Positions 23,993 to 36,975 of a stretch of 64,000 nucleotides of DNA are shown one piece after another. Each line of letters starts with the position of its first letter. Position 1 is the stretch's first letter. The notes below the pieces were generated by a model that saw only the letters and a list, made by a program, of their open reading frames with translations, made no database searches and was not told the DNA's origin. The translations under genes and the position numbers were made by a program. The stretch is from Ranitomeya imitator (lineage: Eukaryota), in the NCBI RefSeq assembly GCF_032444005.1, contig NC_091282.1, positions 669,228,001 to 669,292,000 of the forward strand, written 5' to 3'.

Positions 23993-25580
23993 TGTAACAT
24001 CTCTGCTGGCATCACGGCATGGCCTCACATCTCTCACACAATCTTACCCACTGCTCCAGGCCATGATGTGGTTTCTGTTTCATGCCAGCTCCATAGTCTG
24101 TTCCTCTGCTCTGTGCATGCCTCATGGCTATGTGTATAGGGGGCCGGCGCCTGAACTCTCTGGTTCTTATAGGAATCAGGTGCATCTGTCCAATCAGTTC
24201 CTGACCAATTACCGAGCGGCCTCCTGTATATAGTGCAGCTCCACCCTGTGGTCTGGGCCTGTGCAATGTGTTTGCTCAGTTAGTGTTTTGCTTCTGAGTT
24301 TGCCAGGTCTAGCTCTGTGTTGCTCCCTCTCTGGAGGCTTTTCTCTGTGCATTTGCCTTTATCTTTGTCCGCCCTCCAGGAGGCAGAATATCCTGGTCCC
24401 TGTGTCTTTGTCCTTGTGTCTTGTTCCATTGCCTTGTCTGTACTTGGTCTTGTCTCGGTCTCCTTGTGTGTGGCTTCCTTCCCTGCTGTGTCTTTCCTTG
24501 TGTTCTCGGTCTGCTTGCACTCCGCACTCTTGCGGCTCTGCCTGCTCTGCATCTTGGTGGCTTAGCCGCTGCTCCGCACTTCTGCGGTTCTGCTCCGTCT
24601 TGCTCTGCTCCGCTCCCGTTGCTGCAGAAACCTCTTGCTGCAATTCCTCTCTGCAATCCTTGCGGTTCCACTCTGCTTAGCTTCTGCAGTATCTCTTGCT
24701 GCAGCTTCTCTCCACATTCTTTGTGGCTCTGCTCAGCTTTTGTCGCTACGCTACCGCTTGCTGCTTTTCCATTCCTATCTGCAGTCTTTCACTCCTCTCC
24801 TGTGTGAACAGGTCCCTACCTGTTCCTCCAAACTATATATCCCTACCTGTTCCTTCATCTCACTCACAATTGGACTGCACTCGGGTGTCATCTGAGTGCA
24901 GCCTGATTCTAATATTTCATCAGCTAGTCCTGTGTTTCCTGCCGTCCTAGCCAGTCCTGTCTCCTGCCGTCCTAAGTCAGTTCTGTCTCCTGCCGTCCTA
25001 GCAAGCCCTGTGTTCTCTGCCGTGTCTCTGCCAGCCCTGTGTTCCAAACTACAAATCTGTACCTGCACGTCCAGTGTGAACAGGCCCTTACCTGTTCCTT
25101 CATATACCACATCAACCAGTCCTGTGTTCTCTGCCGTGCCTCCCAATCCTGTGTTCCTGCCAGTCCTGCCGTTCCTGCCCTGCCTTCCAGTCCTGTGTTC
25201 CTGCTGTCCTAGCCAGTCCTGTTTCCTGCCGTGTCTCTGCCAGCCCTGTGTTCTCTGCCGTGTCTCTGCCAGCCCTGTCTCAGCTGTGCCAGCCTACTCG
25301 TCTGTGTTCCAGCCGTGCTCTTCTGCCAGTTCTGCCGAATGCCCGCACCAATCCTGGTCTTCCTGTCTCCCAAGTGGGATCAGCAGCCACAGCCAGACAC
25401 CACCCTGGAGTAGCACCTGGCAGCTGCCTGCTGCACAAGCCTGTCCTCACCATCAGAGGCTCCAGTGAAAACCCAGGCAGCTGTCATAGTCACGCCCCTT
25501 CCAGGGTAGTCTGGCTTGTGGCACAGTGGGGCCACAAAACCCCCGAGCTCACGCCCACCAGTCAGGGCGCGAGCGTAACA
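23993..25580 (+). repeat. 3' LTR (1588 bp)
   Basis: Direct repeat of the 5' LTR, followed by TSD GCGTG. Confidence 0.92.
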
Positions 25581-26506
25581 GCGTGTGTGTATATATACAC
25601 ACAGTAGGGGAAATAAGTACTGTTTTTAAGTATTTGATTATATATAAAATACATTTTTTTAATTTTATTTTTTAATACATTACAAAATGTTCAATTTTGC
25701 TATGTAATCTGACAGCAGCATGATGTAGGGGCAGAGACACAGATGACAACGATGTATCACTTACTAGGCTTTGTTTTGCAGTTTCAATACAATGTGTTTT
25801 ATCAGCAGGAGATTATCACTAATTACTAGATGTCTTGTAACTCCTGTTCCAACCACATCCTGACCACTGATTAGTCGTTACACAGCAGTACATCTGTAGC
25901 AAAGAAAACTGTGATTGTATCACCACTTCTGCACCCAATAAATAAAGGGATACATTGCTGGAATCTGGGTCTCTGCCCCTACATCCTGGTACTCTCAGAT
26001 GTGGTAGCTAAAACTAGGGAACAAATTCCCTTTAAGAAAACAATGGGAAGCCACTTTTCCAAATAACACTTATCTTCAAAACTGCTGGTAACCTGATTTT
26101 TCTTTTAAAGTTCCTCTCTCAAGTTGAAAGCCTGCAGTATGCAGTATTGTGGACTATCGCCAAACATCACTCAGTGCCGCAGCCTCCTTTACTGTCTATC
26201 TTTTTTTTATTTACCTGCCATACGTGCTTGTGACCACTGCAGCCAATCACAAGAACACCAAAGTCGGTGATTGGCTACAACAGTCATGTGGATGTAAGTG
26301 ATATCATTGCTGCAGGATAAGTAAACCGGGGACTGTAGAAAACCCCTTTAATGCTGGGACTATCTGCATTCGGGGTTGTACCAAAAAGCCTGATTGGGAA
26401 TCTGGTCTGCACTGTGAGTTAACCCTTTTAATATGATGACTTTTCTTTTTGGAATTACTCTAATTTCCCTTCTGTCCCAATATACATTCATAGGAGACCT
26501 CTTTAA

Positions 26507-26510
<4 letters not shown>

Positions 26511-26584
<74 letters not shown>
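26511..26584. repeat. (TA)37 microsatellite just upstream of a BAHD1 acceptor
   Basis: Pure TA run ending 34 nt before the exon start at 26619. Confidence 0.9.
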
Positions 26585-26589
<5 letters not shown>

Positions 26590-26618
26590 TATTTAGATTT
26601 TGTCTTTTTTCTTCTCAG

Positions 26619-26995
26619 ATGGATACAAATCCCTCGACCAGCTGAGTTTAACAATCCCCACAGCAGGTCACCCCGTGTCTCCTGCTCACCCACTCTCAGG
26701 ATGCCCAGTCCCAAGTGTCCCACCCGCTGCCGAGCCTGTCCCCTACCTACAGAAACCCAACTCAGAACCTCAGACAATGGCTATGCTGAAAACCGCCCGT
26801 GAATGCCCGCAGGGCTCCAAACCCCCGAGTGGCTCCAAATCCGGAGTCCGGAACACGTCGGGGTGCGTCCACGCTGCAGACAGCAAGACGAGCAAGGGCC
26901 ACAGTCATCCCAAGCAACAGAGAATAAGCAGGAGGAGAGCTACAAATGGCTGGATGCCTCTGGGGACGGCTTGCGAGAAGGCAGTTTACGTTGTG
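26619..26995 (+). CDS. BAHD1: BAHD1 second coding exon
   Basis: Acceptor ttcttctcag|AT; phase 1 gives GAT (Asp). [27 protein letters not shown]...[18 protein letters not shown]. Donor GTG|GTACGT is phase 0. Confidence 0.95.
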
Positions 26996-27636
26996 GTACG
27001 TGCCTCCATCTTACCCATCCTTCCATGCCCACAATTTGCAAGTTTTCCAGAAATAGGTCATGGCTCCCATCAGGATCTGCTGATTGTTGATGAACCCTTA
27101 AAACCCTTCTGTCCAAAGCGAAGAACCCCTTTCAGGACCTTTAATATTCTGCCTTTTTAGGTCCCAAATTCTGCATGAGATCGACCCTTATTTGCAGCAG
27201 GCGGCCATATTTCCTAAGAAGTAAGCAGATTGACCCCTACATAACAGTACAAGCTGTTTCCTGCCCTTATGTATGGAGCGGGCTCAGGAGCTGAGCCTGC
27301 ACCATGCAGTCAGGATCTGCCTGTGTCAGAGCCAGGATCTGCTTGCTTCGATCACTGCAATTTGGCCATTTTTTTTTTACTGACGGGGGCATTTAAATTA
27401 TGCCGATGGGTTTTCATGGCAGCCGGGGGCATGTTGTTTTTGTATCTTCACGTCCTTAAAAGCTGTAAATGCCGTTAAGACACTCATCATTAAGAAATGC
27501 ATCAATCCCACTTTTTTTTTTTTTTTTTTTTTTTTTGTAGCAGAAAGTCGAAATGGTGCACACGGCGGACGTATTCCTAAAACTTGGAATAAATGACATT
27601 TTTGAAATGCTTTACTTTTTTTTCCCCCTCCCTTAG

Positions 27637-27796
27637 AATGAACCTGAGCCTGCTCTCCGAAGGAGTTACCAAGCCGTGGAGAGGAATGGAGAAATCATCC
27701 GAGTCCGAGATACTGTCTTGCTTAAATCTGGTCCCAGGAAAAAATCCATGCCGTATGTGGCCAAAATATCTGCTCTCTGGGAAGAGCCCAAAACTG
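27637..27796 (+). CDS. BAHD1: BAHD1 third coding exon (BAH domain start)
   Basis: cccttag|AAT; [53 protein letters not shown]. Donor G|GTAACA is phase 1. Confidence 0.95.
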
Positions 27797-28723
27797 GTAA
27801 CAAAGACCTTTTTTTTTTTTCTCCTTTTTCCCCCCCCCCTTTTCTTAAAGCAGGTCTTTACCCCTACATCATTGTGTTCTCAGATTACATAGCAGAGACC
27901 CTGATTCCAGAAATATGTCACTTACTAGGGGGAGTTTCACTGTTTTAATAAAATGATTGTTTTATCAGCAGGAGATTATCACTACAGGACTAGATGTTTC
28001 GTGCCTCCTGGTCATTTGGTACATTTAACCCTGCCGCCACCACTGAGTAGCAGCTTTCTGTCGTCCATATACTATATACACAGAAAGCTGTCAATCAGTG
28101 GTGTGGGGGGCATGGTTACACAGGGCTCAGCATTCACAGCTCTGCTACATCTGCAACAGAAAACAGTGATTGTGTCACAGCTTCTGCACCCAGTAAACCT
28201 AGTGACACATCAGTGGAATCAGGGTCTGTACCCCTACATCAGGTTATATAATAAACACCTGCTGATAGAGTGCCCATTGTTTTTTTTGTTTTTTTTTAAT
28301 AGGACACATGAAATGTATCCGCTTCTTCACCCTCTTGGACTGCTCTTTCACTTAATAAACTCTTTATTCATTAAGATCGCTTTCCCCATTGCTGAGATAG
28401 GAGATGACAGTTGGTGCTCCTAAAGTTCTATGGAGGGGGAGGAGCTAGAGGCCGTCAGACATTCTGCTGCAAATTCCATAGAACTTTATGAGCACCAACT
28501 GTCATCTCCTTAAATACAAAGTTTTCAAAGTGAATAATCCGTCCAGGAGGAGAAAGAAGCAGAGTTCTCTGATGTATTATATGCACTGTTGATTTCTAAA
28601 ATAAAAATGAAAAACATGGTCACTCTTTAACATCCATATTAGATATGTTGTCTGGCTGTAGCTGTAGATCATGTATTTAAGCCGTTGGCACAGTGTGATG
28701 ACTGTCACCCATTTTTTTGCTAG

Positions 28724-28800
28724 GTGAGCTGATGATGAGTCTCTTCTGGTACTACCGGCCAGAGCACACTCAGGGAGGACGAAATCCCAGTATGCACCAG
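28724..28800 (+). CDS. BAHD1: BAHD1 fourth coding exon
   Basis: ttttgctag|GT; (G)[25 protein letters not shown]. Donor CAG|GTCAGA is phase 0. Confidence 0.95.
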
Positions 28801-28857
28801 GTCAGAGGCCATTCCTCTGTATGGAAATAATGTAATTGTAAAGTTGCATCTTTTTAA

Positions 28858-29566
28858 CCCCTTAACGACCAAAGGTATTTTTGGTTTTGCATTTTCATTT
28901 TTCGCTCCCAGAGCCATAACTTTTTTTTATTTTTCCGTCAATATGGCCATGTGAGGGCTTGTTTTTTGTGGGACGAATTGTACTTTTGAACAACACCATT
29001 TTAATGATACCATTTTGGTGCCGATCCGATCTTTTGATCACCCGTTATTGCATTTTAAGTATCGGGACCAAAAAACTGTAATGCTGGCATTTTGATTTTT
29101 TTTTTTCTTTTCTCGCTACGCCGCTTAGCGATCAGGTTAATCCTTTTTTTTTTATTGATAGATCGGACGACTCTGAACACAGCGATACCAAATATGTGTA
29201 TGTTTGACTTTTTATTTTTTTTTATTTTTATGTTTTTTAATGTTTTATTTTGAATGGGGCGAAAGGGAGGTAATTTAAATTTTTATTTTTTGTCACACCC
29301 ACCATCGATGACCCACAATCACGTGAAGGGGGCCACCGATGGGCGGGATTTCCGGCTTGATGGCCGGAAGTGCGAGTTAAATGTCGCTGTCAGAATTTTA
29401 CAGCGTCATTTAACGGGTTAATAGCCACGGGTGGATCGCGATTACACCTACGGCTGTTGAAAACAGCTGACATGTGCCGGGAAAGATGTGGGCTCAGCGC
29501 CAGAGCTCACACCAAAGGGAGGGAGTCTGACATCTGCGTAAATGTACGGCCAATGTCTGAAAGGGG
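28858..29566. mobile_element. piggyBac-like non-autonomous element
   Basis: TTAA|CCCCTT ... AAGGGG|TTAA; related to 6044-7304. Confidence 0.7.
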
Positions 29567-30547
29567 TTAAAGAGTACCCGTCGCCTGTCAAAATTGTCTA
29601 TTTTTTTTATCTTATTCTTTTCCCACTGCTCTTCTGTGTATTCCACACTTTTCTTTTCTAAAACTTCTACCATCCGATTCCAGACATATGGGCATTTTTA
29701 TTTAATGCAATTTTGGTCTATTATGGTCTTTAATAAAGGGGCGTGGCTTGTGAGGTAATTATGCAGAGCAACCTAAAGACACACCCCTGCGGAATCATGT
29801 GAGCAACGCCCCCTTAGAAAGACTATAAAAATTAGCACTCGTATATCTGTAACTAGTGGATTTAAAAACAAAAAGCAACATAATCAGGGGAACAGAATAA
29901 AATACGGTCAAAAACTGGACACTTTTGACCTCTTGAGAGGTTCTCTTTATTTTTTACTACGTAAAAATAATGTCAGGATCTGTAGTAAAATAAGCCGATT
30001 ACAGGGTGTCCTGCTCCTGCCATCAGCTGTTAATTTCTAGGGGTAATAAGCAGAAAGCACTCGGCTATCCTGCATTGCCCCCGCAGGGAAAATGAAGTAC
30101 TGCACAATTCTTTATCAAACCAGTGGGCTGCCTATGTAGTGGACAGTAGTACTGGGTCCTTCAAAGCCAGAAACTCTATTTTATATCCTCTTTCCAGCAT
30201 TGCTAACATTTAATTATCCTGTACTGTGCTTAGCTCAACCTTCCCAGGTCCGGTGCGAAGCCTCCGCTGCTGCTCTTGGTATCTGTTGTTGTCAGCAGCG
30301 CTGATGTCATGTTGACAGCGCTGCAGCAAATCCGTGAGTTTAGCGGCTCTGCCTGAGATGAGGGCAAGAGCTGCACAGGGCCACTGATCCTTCCCCAGGT
30401 CCACTCACTGTGCGTAGGTAAAACTGGTCCAGAGAATGAAAAATGAGGGGGGTTTCCTAGAGAGATGGGGAAGTTATATCCTGTGAGTTCCAGTTGACAG
30501 TCCTCCTACATGCCACAATGAAATGATCTTTTTTGACTCTTTTGCAG

Positions 30548-30639
30548 AATGAGATATTTGCATCCCGTCATCAAGATGAGAACAGTATTGCGTGCATCGA
30601 GGAAAAGTGCTATGTCCTGACATTTGCAGAGTACTGCAG
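30548..30639 (+). CDS. BAHD1: BAHD1 fifth coding exon
   Basis: cttttgcag|AAT; [30 protein letters not shown](R). Donor AG|GTAGGG is phase 2. Confidence 0.95.
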
Positions 30640-30851
30640 GTAGGGGGCAGTCTTGCACCATGTATTTCGCTGGGCCTGAATCGCCTGTGTATTATCTATC
30701 ACATCTAAGCCAAACTGTAGAACCAGAAAGGGATTTTATCTTATTAAAATGATAATTAATAAAAAAAAAATGGAAATATAACGTGAACAGTATTTATGTA
30801 AAATGCACTGACCTGTATATATGTGTATGCAAATGTATATATGTGTATATA

Positions 30852-32415
30852 CAGTGGGGAAAAGAAGTATGTGATACACTGCCGATTTTTGCAAGTTTTC
30901 CCACCTACAAAAAATGGAGAGGTCTGTAATTTTTTATCATAGGTACAATTCAACTGTGAGAGACGATTCTAGAATAAAAACCAGAAAATCACATTGCATG
31001 ATTTTTACGTAATTCCTTTGTGTTTTGTTGTATGAAATAAGTATTTGACTACCTACCAACCAGCAGGAATTCTGGCTCTCACAGACCTGTTAGTTTTTCT
31101 TTAAGAAGCCCTCCTACTCTGAACTCATTACCTGTATTAATTGTACCTGTTTGAACTCGTTCCCTGTATAAAAGACACCTGTCCACACAATCAATCACAC
31201 TCCAACCTCTCCACCATGGCCAAGACCAAAGAGCTGTCTAAGGACACCAGGGACAATATTGTAGACATGCAAAAGGCTGGTATGAACTACAAGACAATAG
31301 GCAAGCAGCTTGGTGAGAACACAACAACTGTTGGCACAATTATTACAAAATGGAAGAAACACAAGATAACTGTCAATCTTCCTCTGTCTGCAGCTTCATG
31401 CAAGATCTCGCCTCTTTGGGTAAAGACAATTCTGAGAAAGGTCAGGAATCAGCCCAGAACTACACGGAAAGACCTGGTCAATGACCACAAGATAGCTGGA
31501 ACCACATTCTCAAACATTACCATTAGTAACACACTATGCCGTCATGGATTAAAATTCTTCAGGGCACACAAGGTCCCCCTGCTCACGCCAGCACATGTCC
31601 AGGCCCGTTTGAAGTTCGCCAATGACCATCTGGATGATCCAGAGGAGGCATGGGAGAAAGTCATGGGATCCGATTAATCCAAAATAGTACTTTTTGCTAT
31701 TAACTCCATTCATCATATTTTGAGGAAGAAGGATGAGAACAGCCACAAGAAGAACACTGTACCAACCATGAAGCATGGTGGGGGATACATCATACATTGG
31801 GGGTGACTGCACTGTATTGAAGGGAGGATGGATGGGGTCATGTATCGCAAGATTTTGGCCAGCAACCTCCTGAGCAAGAGCAGTGAAGATGGGCCATGGT
31901 TGGGTCTTCCAGCATGAAAATGACCTGAAGCACACAGCCAGGACAACTAAGGAGTGGCTCCGTAAGAAGCATTTCAAGATCTTGGAGGGGCCTAGCCAGT
32001 CTCCAGACCTGAACCCAATAGAAAATCTTTGGAGGGAGCTGAAACTCAATGATGCACAATGACAGCCCCGAAACCTGAAAGATCTGGAGAAGATCTGTAT
32101 GGAGCAGTGGGCCAAAATCTGATCCAGTGTGTGCAAACTTGGTTAAGAACTACAGGAAACGTTTGACCTCTGTAATTGCAAACAAAGATTTTTGTACAAG
32201 TATTAAGTTCTGTTTTTCTATTGTAGCAAATACTTATTTCATGCAATAAAATGCAAATTAATTATGTAACAATCATACAATGTGATTTTTCTGGATTTTT
32301 TTAGATTCTGTCTCACAGTTGTATACCTACGATAAAAATTACCGACCTCTCCATTATTTGTAGGTGGGAAAACTTGCAAAATCAGCAGTGTATCAAATAC
32401 TTATTTTCCCAAATG
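30852..32415 (+). mobile_element. Degenerate full-length Tc1 transposon in the last BAHD1 intron
   Basis: TIR CAGTGGGGAAAAGAAGTATGTGATACACTGCCGATTTT and its reverse complement. ORF from ATG 31216 ([13 protein letters not shown]) stops at SD* (31675); later frameshifts. Confidence 0.88.
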
Positions 32416-32423
32416 TATGTATG

Positions 32424-32474
<51 letters not shown>

Positions 32475-33197
32475 TTGTCTATATGTATGCATACATTGCT
32501 GATAATAGTGTTCGTCTTATAATCCGGACGGGGGGCAGCTTCCTATGATCGAGGAGCATCTAAGTAGTGGGGCTGTTCTTTCCTCCTGCCCAACACTGAT
32601 TTGTCTGAATAGGGCCGGAGAGGAAGCTACAAGAACCTGCACAAATGCTGCATGTCCAGAGTACTTGAAGGACCTTGATTTTATCAGTCACAAGCCTGCA
32701 GATAGCTACAAAGTGTAGTAGTGTATAAAGTGTGTGTGCTGATGTAGCAGAGCTGTGTGTGTGAATTTTGATGTAGAAGAAATTACTGTATATGTATTAG
32801 ATCTTTTTGTGTATACATACAGCAGAGCTATGTGTAGCAGAGTTGTTTGTGTATGTAGCACGAACGGTGTGTGTGCGCATAAAGCCGAGTTGAGTGTATA
32901 TATAGCAGATGTGTGTGTATGTAGCAAATCTGAGTGTGTGTAGCAGTGTTGTGTTATTATGTAGCAGAGCTGAATATGTGGAAGTAGCTGAGCTGTGTGT
33001 GTACTGTAACAATAGACCTACTGTCTGTTATCTACATATTCTACCCCAGTGCATTTACAACTAGTGATAATGACCCCTCCACTTTACACTGCAGGAAAGT
33101 TTTTGTATTTTCTGCTGCCTAAACCTGGGGTGCGTCTTATAGTTATATCCTATGGTATATCATTATACTGTATTCTGTGTTGCCTTATTTTTTGCAG

Positions 33198-33387
33198 ATT
33201 TTGTGCCTTGGTGAAGCGTCGGAAGGAGGGCTGTCCAAACAGGAAAGCCTTGATCGTCCCTCCCTCAGAAGAATATTGCACCCCCATACATCGCAGGGCT
33301 CCAGACAGCACCGACCCAGAACTAGTATTCTTATGCCGGCATGTCTACGATTTCAGACACGGCCGCATCCTGAAGAACCCGCAGTAG
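33198..33387 (+). CDS. BAHD1: BAHD1 last coding exon
   Basis: tttttgcag|A completes [11 protein letters not shown]...[24 protein letters not shown] is the BAHD1 C-terminus. The joined CDS is 2397 nt (798 aa plus stop). Confidence 0.96.
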
Positions 33388-35138
33388 TAGAAGCTTCTGA
33401 AAGGAGACATCAACCTAAAAAGTCGGTGTCCGAGTTCAAGGCCTTCGCAGCCTAAGACTGCTTCAGACATCTTCCCAGCCACATCCCCGAGAAGAGAGGA
33501 GAGCTGGGAACTTCTTGTAGTAGCCCCTTCGGCTCTGGATTCAGGAACAGACACTGGTTACAGTACTCTGCAGTTGAAAGCACAGCACTTCGTTAGAGAT
33601 GAGCAGTAATTAAAAAGAAAAAACAAAGAAAAAGAAAATGAGAAAAAATATAACATATAAATATATATATAAATATAATAAAGTATATATATATATTATA
33701 TATATATATTGGGGAAGCATAAGCCAGTACATCAGGTCCAGAACCATGGTTGTAAGGTTGTGTAGGGATGTGTCAGTGCATGATTGGACCTCGTTTGGTC
33801 CAAATGCCTTAATATGTCACACAGGTCCCTTTCATACCCACACGATAATACTTCTGGATGTTCAGGCAGGTTTTTGTTTTTCCCCGTTTTTTTTATTTTG
33901 ATTTTGTAAGAACATAAATTGTTCTGTTTAATTAACTTATTGTGTAGCCCAGATCGCCCATCGATTCAGGTTGTCTGACAATATTACACACATTGCTCTT
34001 CTCATCAGTTGTATTAAGTATATTTTCCCCTTTTTGAATTGATTTTAAGCATTGGCCACGAGAAAGAGATCCAGACATAATTGTTTCTTGCAGACAAGCC
34101 TAACTCCTCACTGTATCGATGTAGTAAGTAGTTGTCTTAAAGAGCATCTGTCAGCGGGTAACGAATGAGTCCATGTTGGCTTACATTAGTCAGGTATAGG
34201 CCGATAGGATCAGCTGATCATCCACTAGGATGATGGGAATTATTTAAAGAGGACCTGTCACCATGGTCCAGTTTTTGCTCTTATTTTATTCCTGCTGCTC
34301 CCGTAAACGTTCTGGTTTTTGTGTTTTAAAAATTTGTCATACGGTTCCAGAGATATGGACGTTCTTATTTAGTATTAGTGTTACTTTTTTTTTGGTCTGT
34401 ACCTAGGGGGCATGGCTCCCAGACTCCTCTGGGGCGTGTCTTTAATTTGCTCTAGCATTATTACCCTATGAGTAATGTCCCCCTTGGTAAAGATCATAAA
34501 AGTTAGCTGCATAAATTGCGAGGAAAAAAAAAAGGACATTTTTTTTTCTTTGCTTTTATTTTCTGAAGAATAGACCTGTTACTACTTTTAATCGCTTGGT
34601 ATCTTTTGAAAGTCTGAAGCTGTTAAAAGATGCACAAAAGGACAGAACAGGAAGCATCAGAACAGGAAGTCTTTTTCTGCAAAAAAAAAAAGTGAAAATA
34701 TTAATTCTTTTGATCATTATTTATTTTTAGCTTTTTTTTGTGTGTGTGTGGCATTTTCAGTGCAGTGTGAACACGCCCTTACTCTTAACCAACGCAGCAT
34801 TTCACGGAAAATCTAATTGGCCAATAACAGCAAGAAGAGTCAAGGGGCTCCCCCTGCCTGGCTCAGTGACAGGTCCGTCACCTTTTATGTATAGTTAATC
34901 TTGTGAATTAATCTCCGCTTTATGTCTGCATGTCATATTGAGGGCATATGGATGTAAAAAGGGGGGCCAACCCAGAATGCACCTTCTAAGAAACTCTTCC
35001 CATAGTACAATATATTTTTATTGTATCATTCTAAAAAACCTGATTTAGTGACAGATGCTCTTTAATATGTTTGGCTTTTTTCCCCAGATAATTAAAATTC
35101 ACAATTTTTAAGGTTGCATTTTATAAAAGATTAATTAG

Positions 35139-35536
35139 AGGACCCGTGACAAGGAAAAAGTGGTCAGTTTTTGCTTTTATTTTCTTTTTTCTCGCAGCTT
35201 TCCTGAGTATTTTATTTTTGTTATATTTTTTTTAATTTTTAAAATCTGCCTTACAGTTCCAGAGATATGGGCCTTTTTATTCAGTGCTAATTTTTATGGT
35301 TGGAGGGCGTGGCTCACAGGGTAATTATGTAGAGGAGCCTAAAGACACGCCCCCAAGGAATCCTGTGAGCCACGCCCCCTTCGAAAAGACATTATAAACT
35401 AGCACTAAATACACAGGCCAATGTCTCTGAACCATATGGCGGATTTAATAAACGAAAAAAACACAGTAGTCAGGGGAACAACGAGTATAAAGTAAGATTA
35501 AAAAACAGCCATTCTTGATTTGGTGACAGGTCTGCT
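35139..35536. mobile_element. Kolobok/T2-type MITE (degenerate); related remnants at ~7640-7970, ~29570-29950 and ~34248-34510
   Basis: Shared CAGTTTTTGC...GTTCCAGAGATATGGGCC...GGCGTGGCTCACAGGGTAATTATG blocks; ends GTGACAGGTCTGCT|TTAA. Confidence 0.6.
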
Positions 35537-36459
35537 TTAAATGCCCCTGCCAAAAAAAAAAATCCCAAGTCCCATTTTCTGAAAACTGCTACCCGATTGC
35601 TTAATATATTTGCCATTTGCCTTATGTGTATACAATCTAGATACACTTTTCGTTATCAGAAGTCCAGATACTGAATTTTGCTAGCGAAAAAAAAAAATTA
35701 CACTTTAAAACAAAACAAAAAAAGAAAAACATTTTAAAAATTTTACAAAATCATCACAAAAAAGAAACCAAAGGACATTTTGTACCAGAAAACATTAAAT
35801 GGAATCTGAATAACTGGTAGATGATCTCCGTAGCTTGCACTAGTCCATTGACTAAATGATCATAGATCTGATTCTGTAATCACTGAATTAAATTATAATT
35901 CCGCATTTTCAGTTGTATTGCCCAAATTAGGCACATGAAAACCCAGGTTCTGGGAAAAAAAAAAAGTACGAGGGGGTGGATTGGGGATCGGATATTAATG
36001 AAACCAAAGACGTGTTCTTCCGTTATAGAGATTTACAACTGACCAGACACTTGGGATAAATCTTTAGGATCTAGAGACTTTATTTTTATTATTATTATTA
36101 TTTTTTCAACGTCCGTCCCAATTGGTTACCTATAATACCATGAGTATTTGTAAAGAAAGACACAAATAAGGTTCCACCTCTAAGATCTCGGCCAATTACC
36201 AGAGCAGGGGCTTGGAGAGGATGAGTTGAGTGGAGAGGCTGGCAACGCATGCATCCTGCTATTCTATTTAAAGTTTATGGCACCTACAAAAATCGGCGTA
36301 TCTTCAGGGCTATAGACTTAGAATCAAGCGGCACACCGCCTGTGCTATCAGTGGCTCCATTTATCTCTTCCTGACAATGGTCTTTTGTACACAGAATAAC
36401 CTGGGAAGCCATGAGTCTGCTTGTCCTGATGATTGTAGGGAGGGTACTAGCAGTAGGAT

Positions 36460-36975
36460 ACAAATCACTGTTCTGGTGATCAGTGGGGGTCCGAATGGTG
36501 GGACAAAGATCTCATGGTGCTGGTGATCAATGGAGGTCTGAATGGTGGGACAGAGATCTCCTGTTCTGGTCACCAGTGGAGGTCCGAGTCGTAGGACAAA
36601 GATCTCCTGTTCTAGTGATCAGTGGTGGTGGGAAAGAGATTTATTGTTCTGGTGATTTGTGGGAGTCCAAGCGGTTGGAACCAGTTCTTAAATTCTGACG
36701 ATCAGTGGTGATCCCAGTGGTGGGACACAGGTCTTCTGTTCTGGTAATCAGTGAGGGAAACGGTGGCATTGGGACACAAGCCTCCTATTCTAGTGATCAG
36801 TGGAGTCCCAGCTGTGGCATAGTCTCCTGTTCTAGAGATCAGTGGGGGTCCCAGTGTTGGAACAACAGTCTTCTGGTCTGGCCATTCCGAGTGGTGGGAC
36901 AGTTTTCCTGTTCTAGTAATCAGTGAGGGTAACAGGCATCGTTGAGACAAAAGTCTCCTGTTCTAGTGATCAGTT
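36460..36975. repeat. Degenerate minisatellite (~55 bp)
   Basis: About 9 units of CTCCTGTTCTAGTGATCAGTGGGGGTCC...GGTGGGACA. Confidence 0.75.

Larger units (their letters stand above)
20429..25580 (+). mobile_element. Non-autonomous LTR retrotransposon (Ty3/Gypsy, Tf1/sushi-like), gag-only
   Basis: LTRs 20429-22014 and 23993-25580 (TG...CA), 5-bp TSD GCGTG, and PPT AAGGGGGGGTAC before the 3' LTR. The 1978-bp interior is filled by one ORF. Confidence 0.92.
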
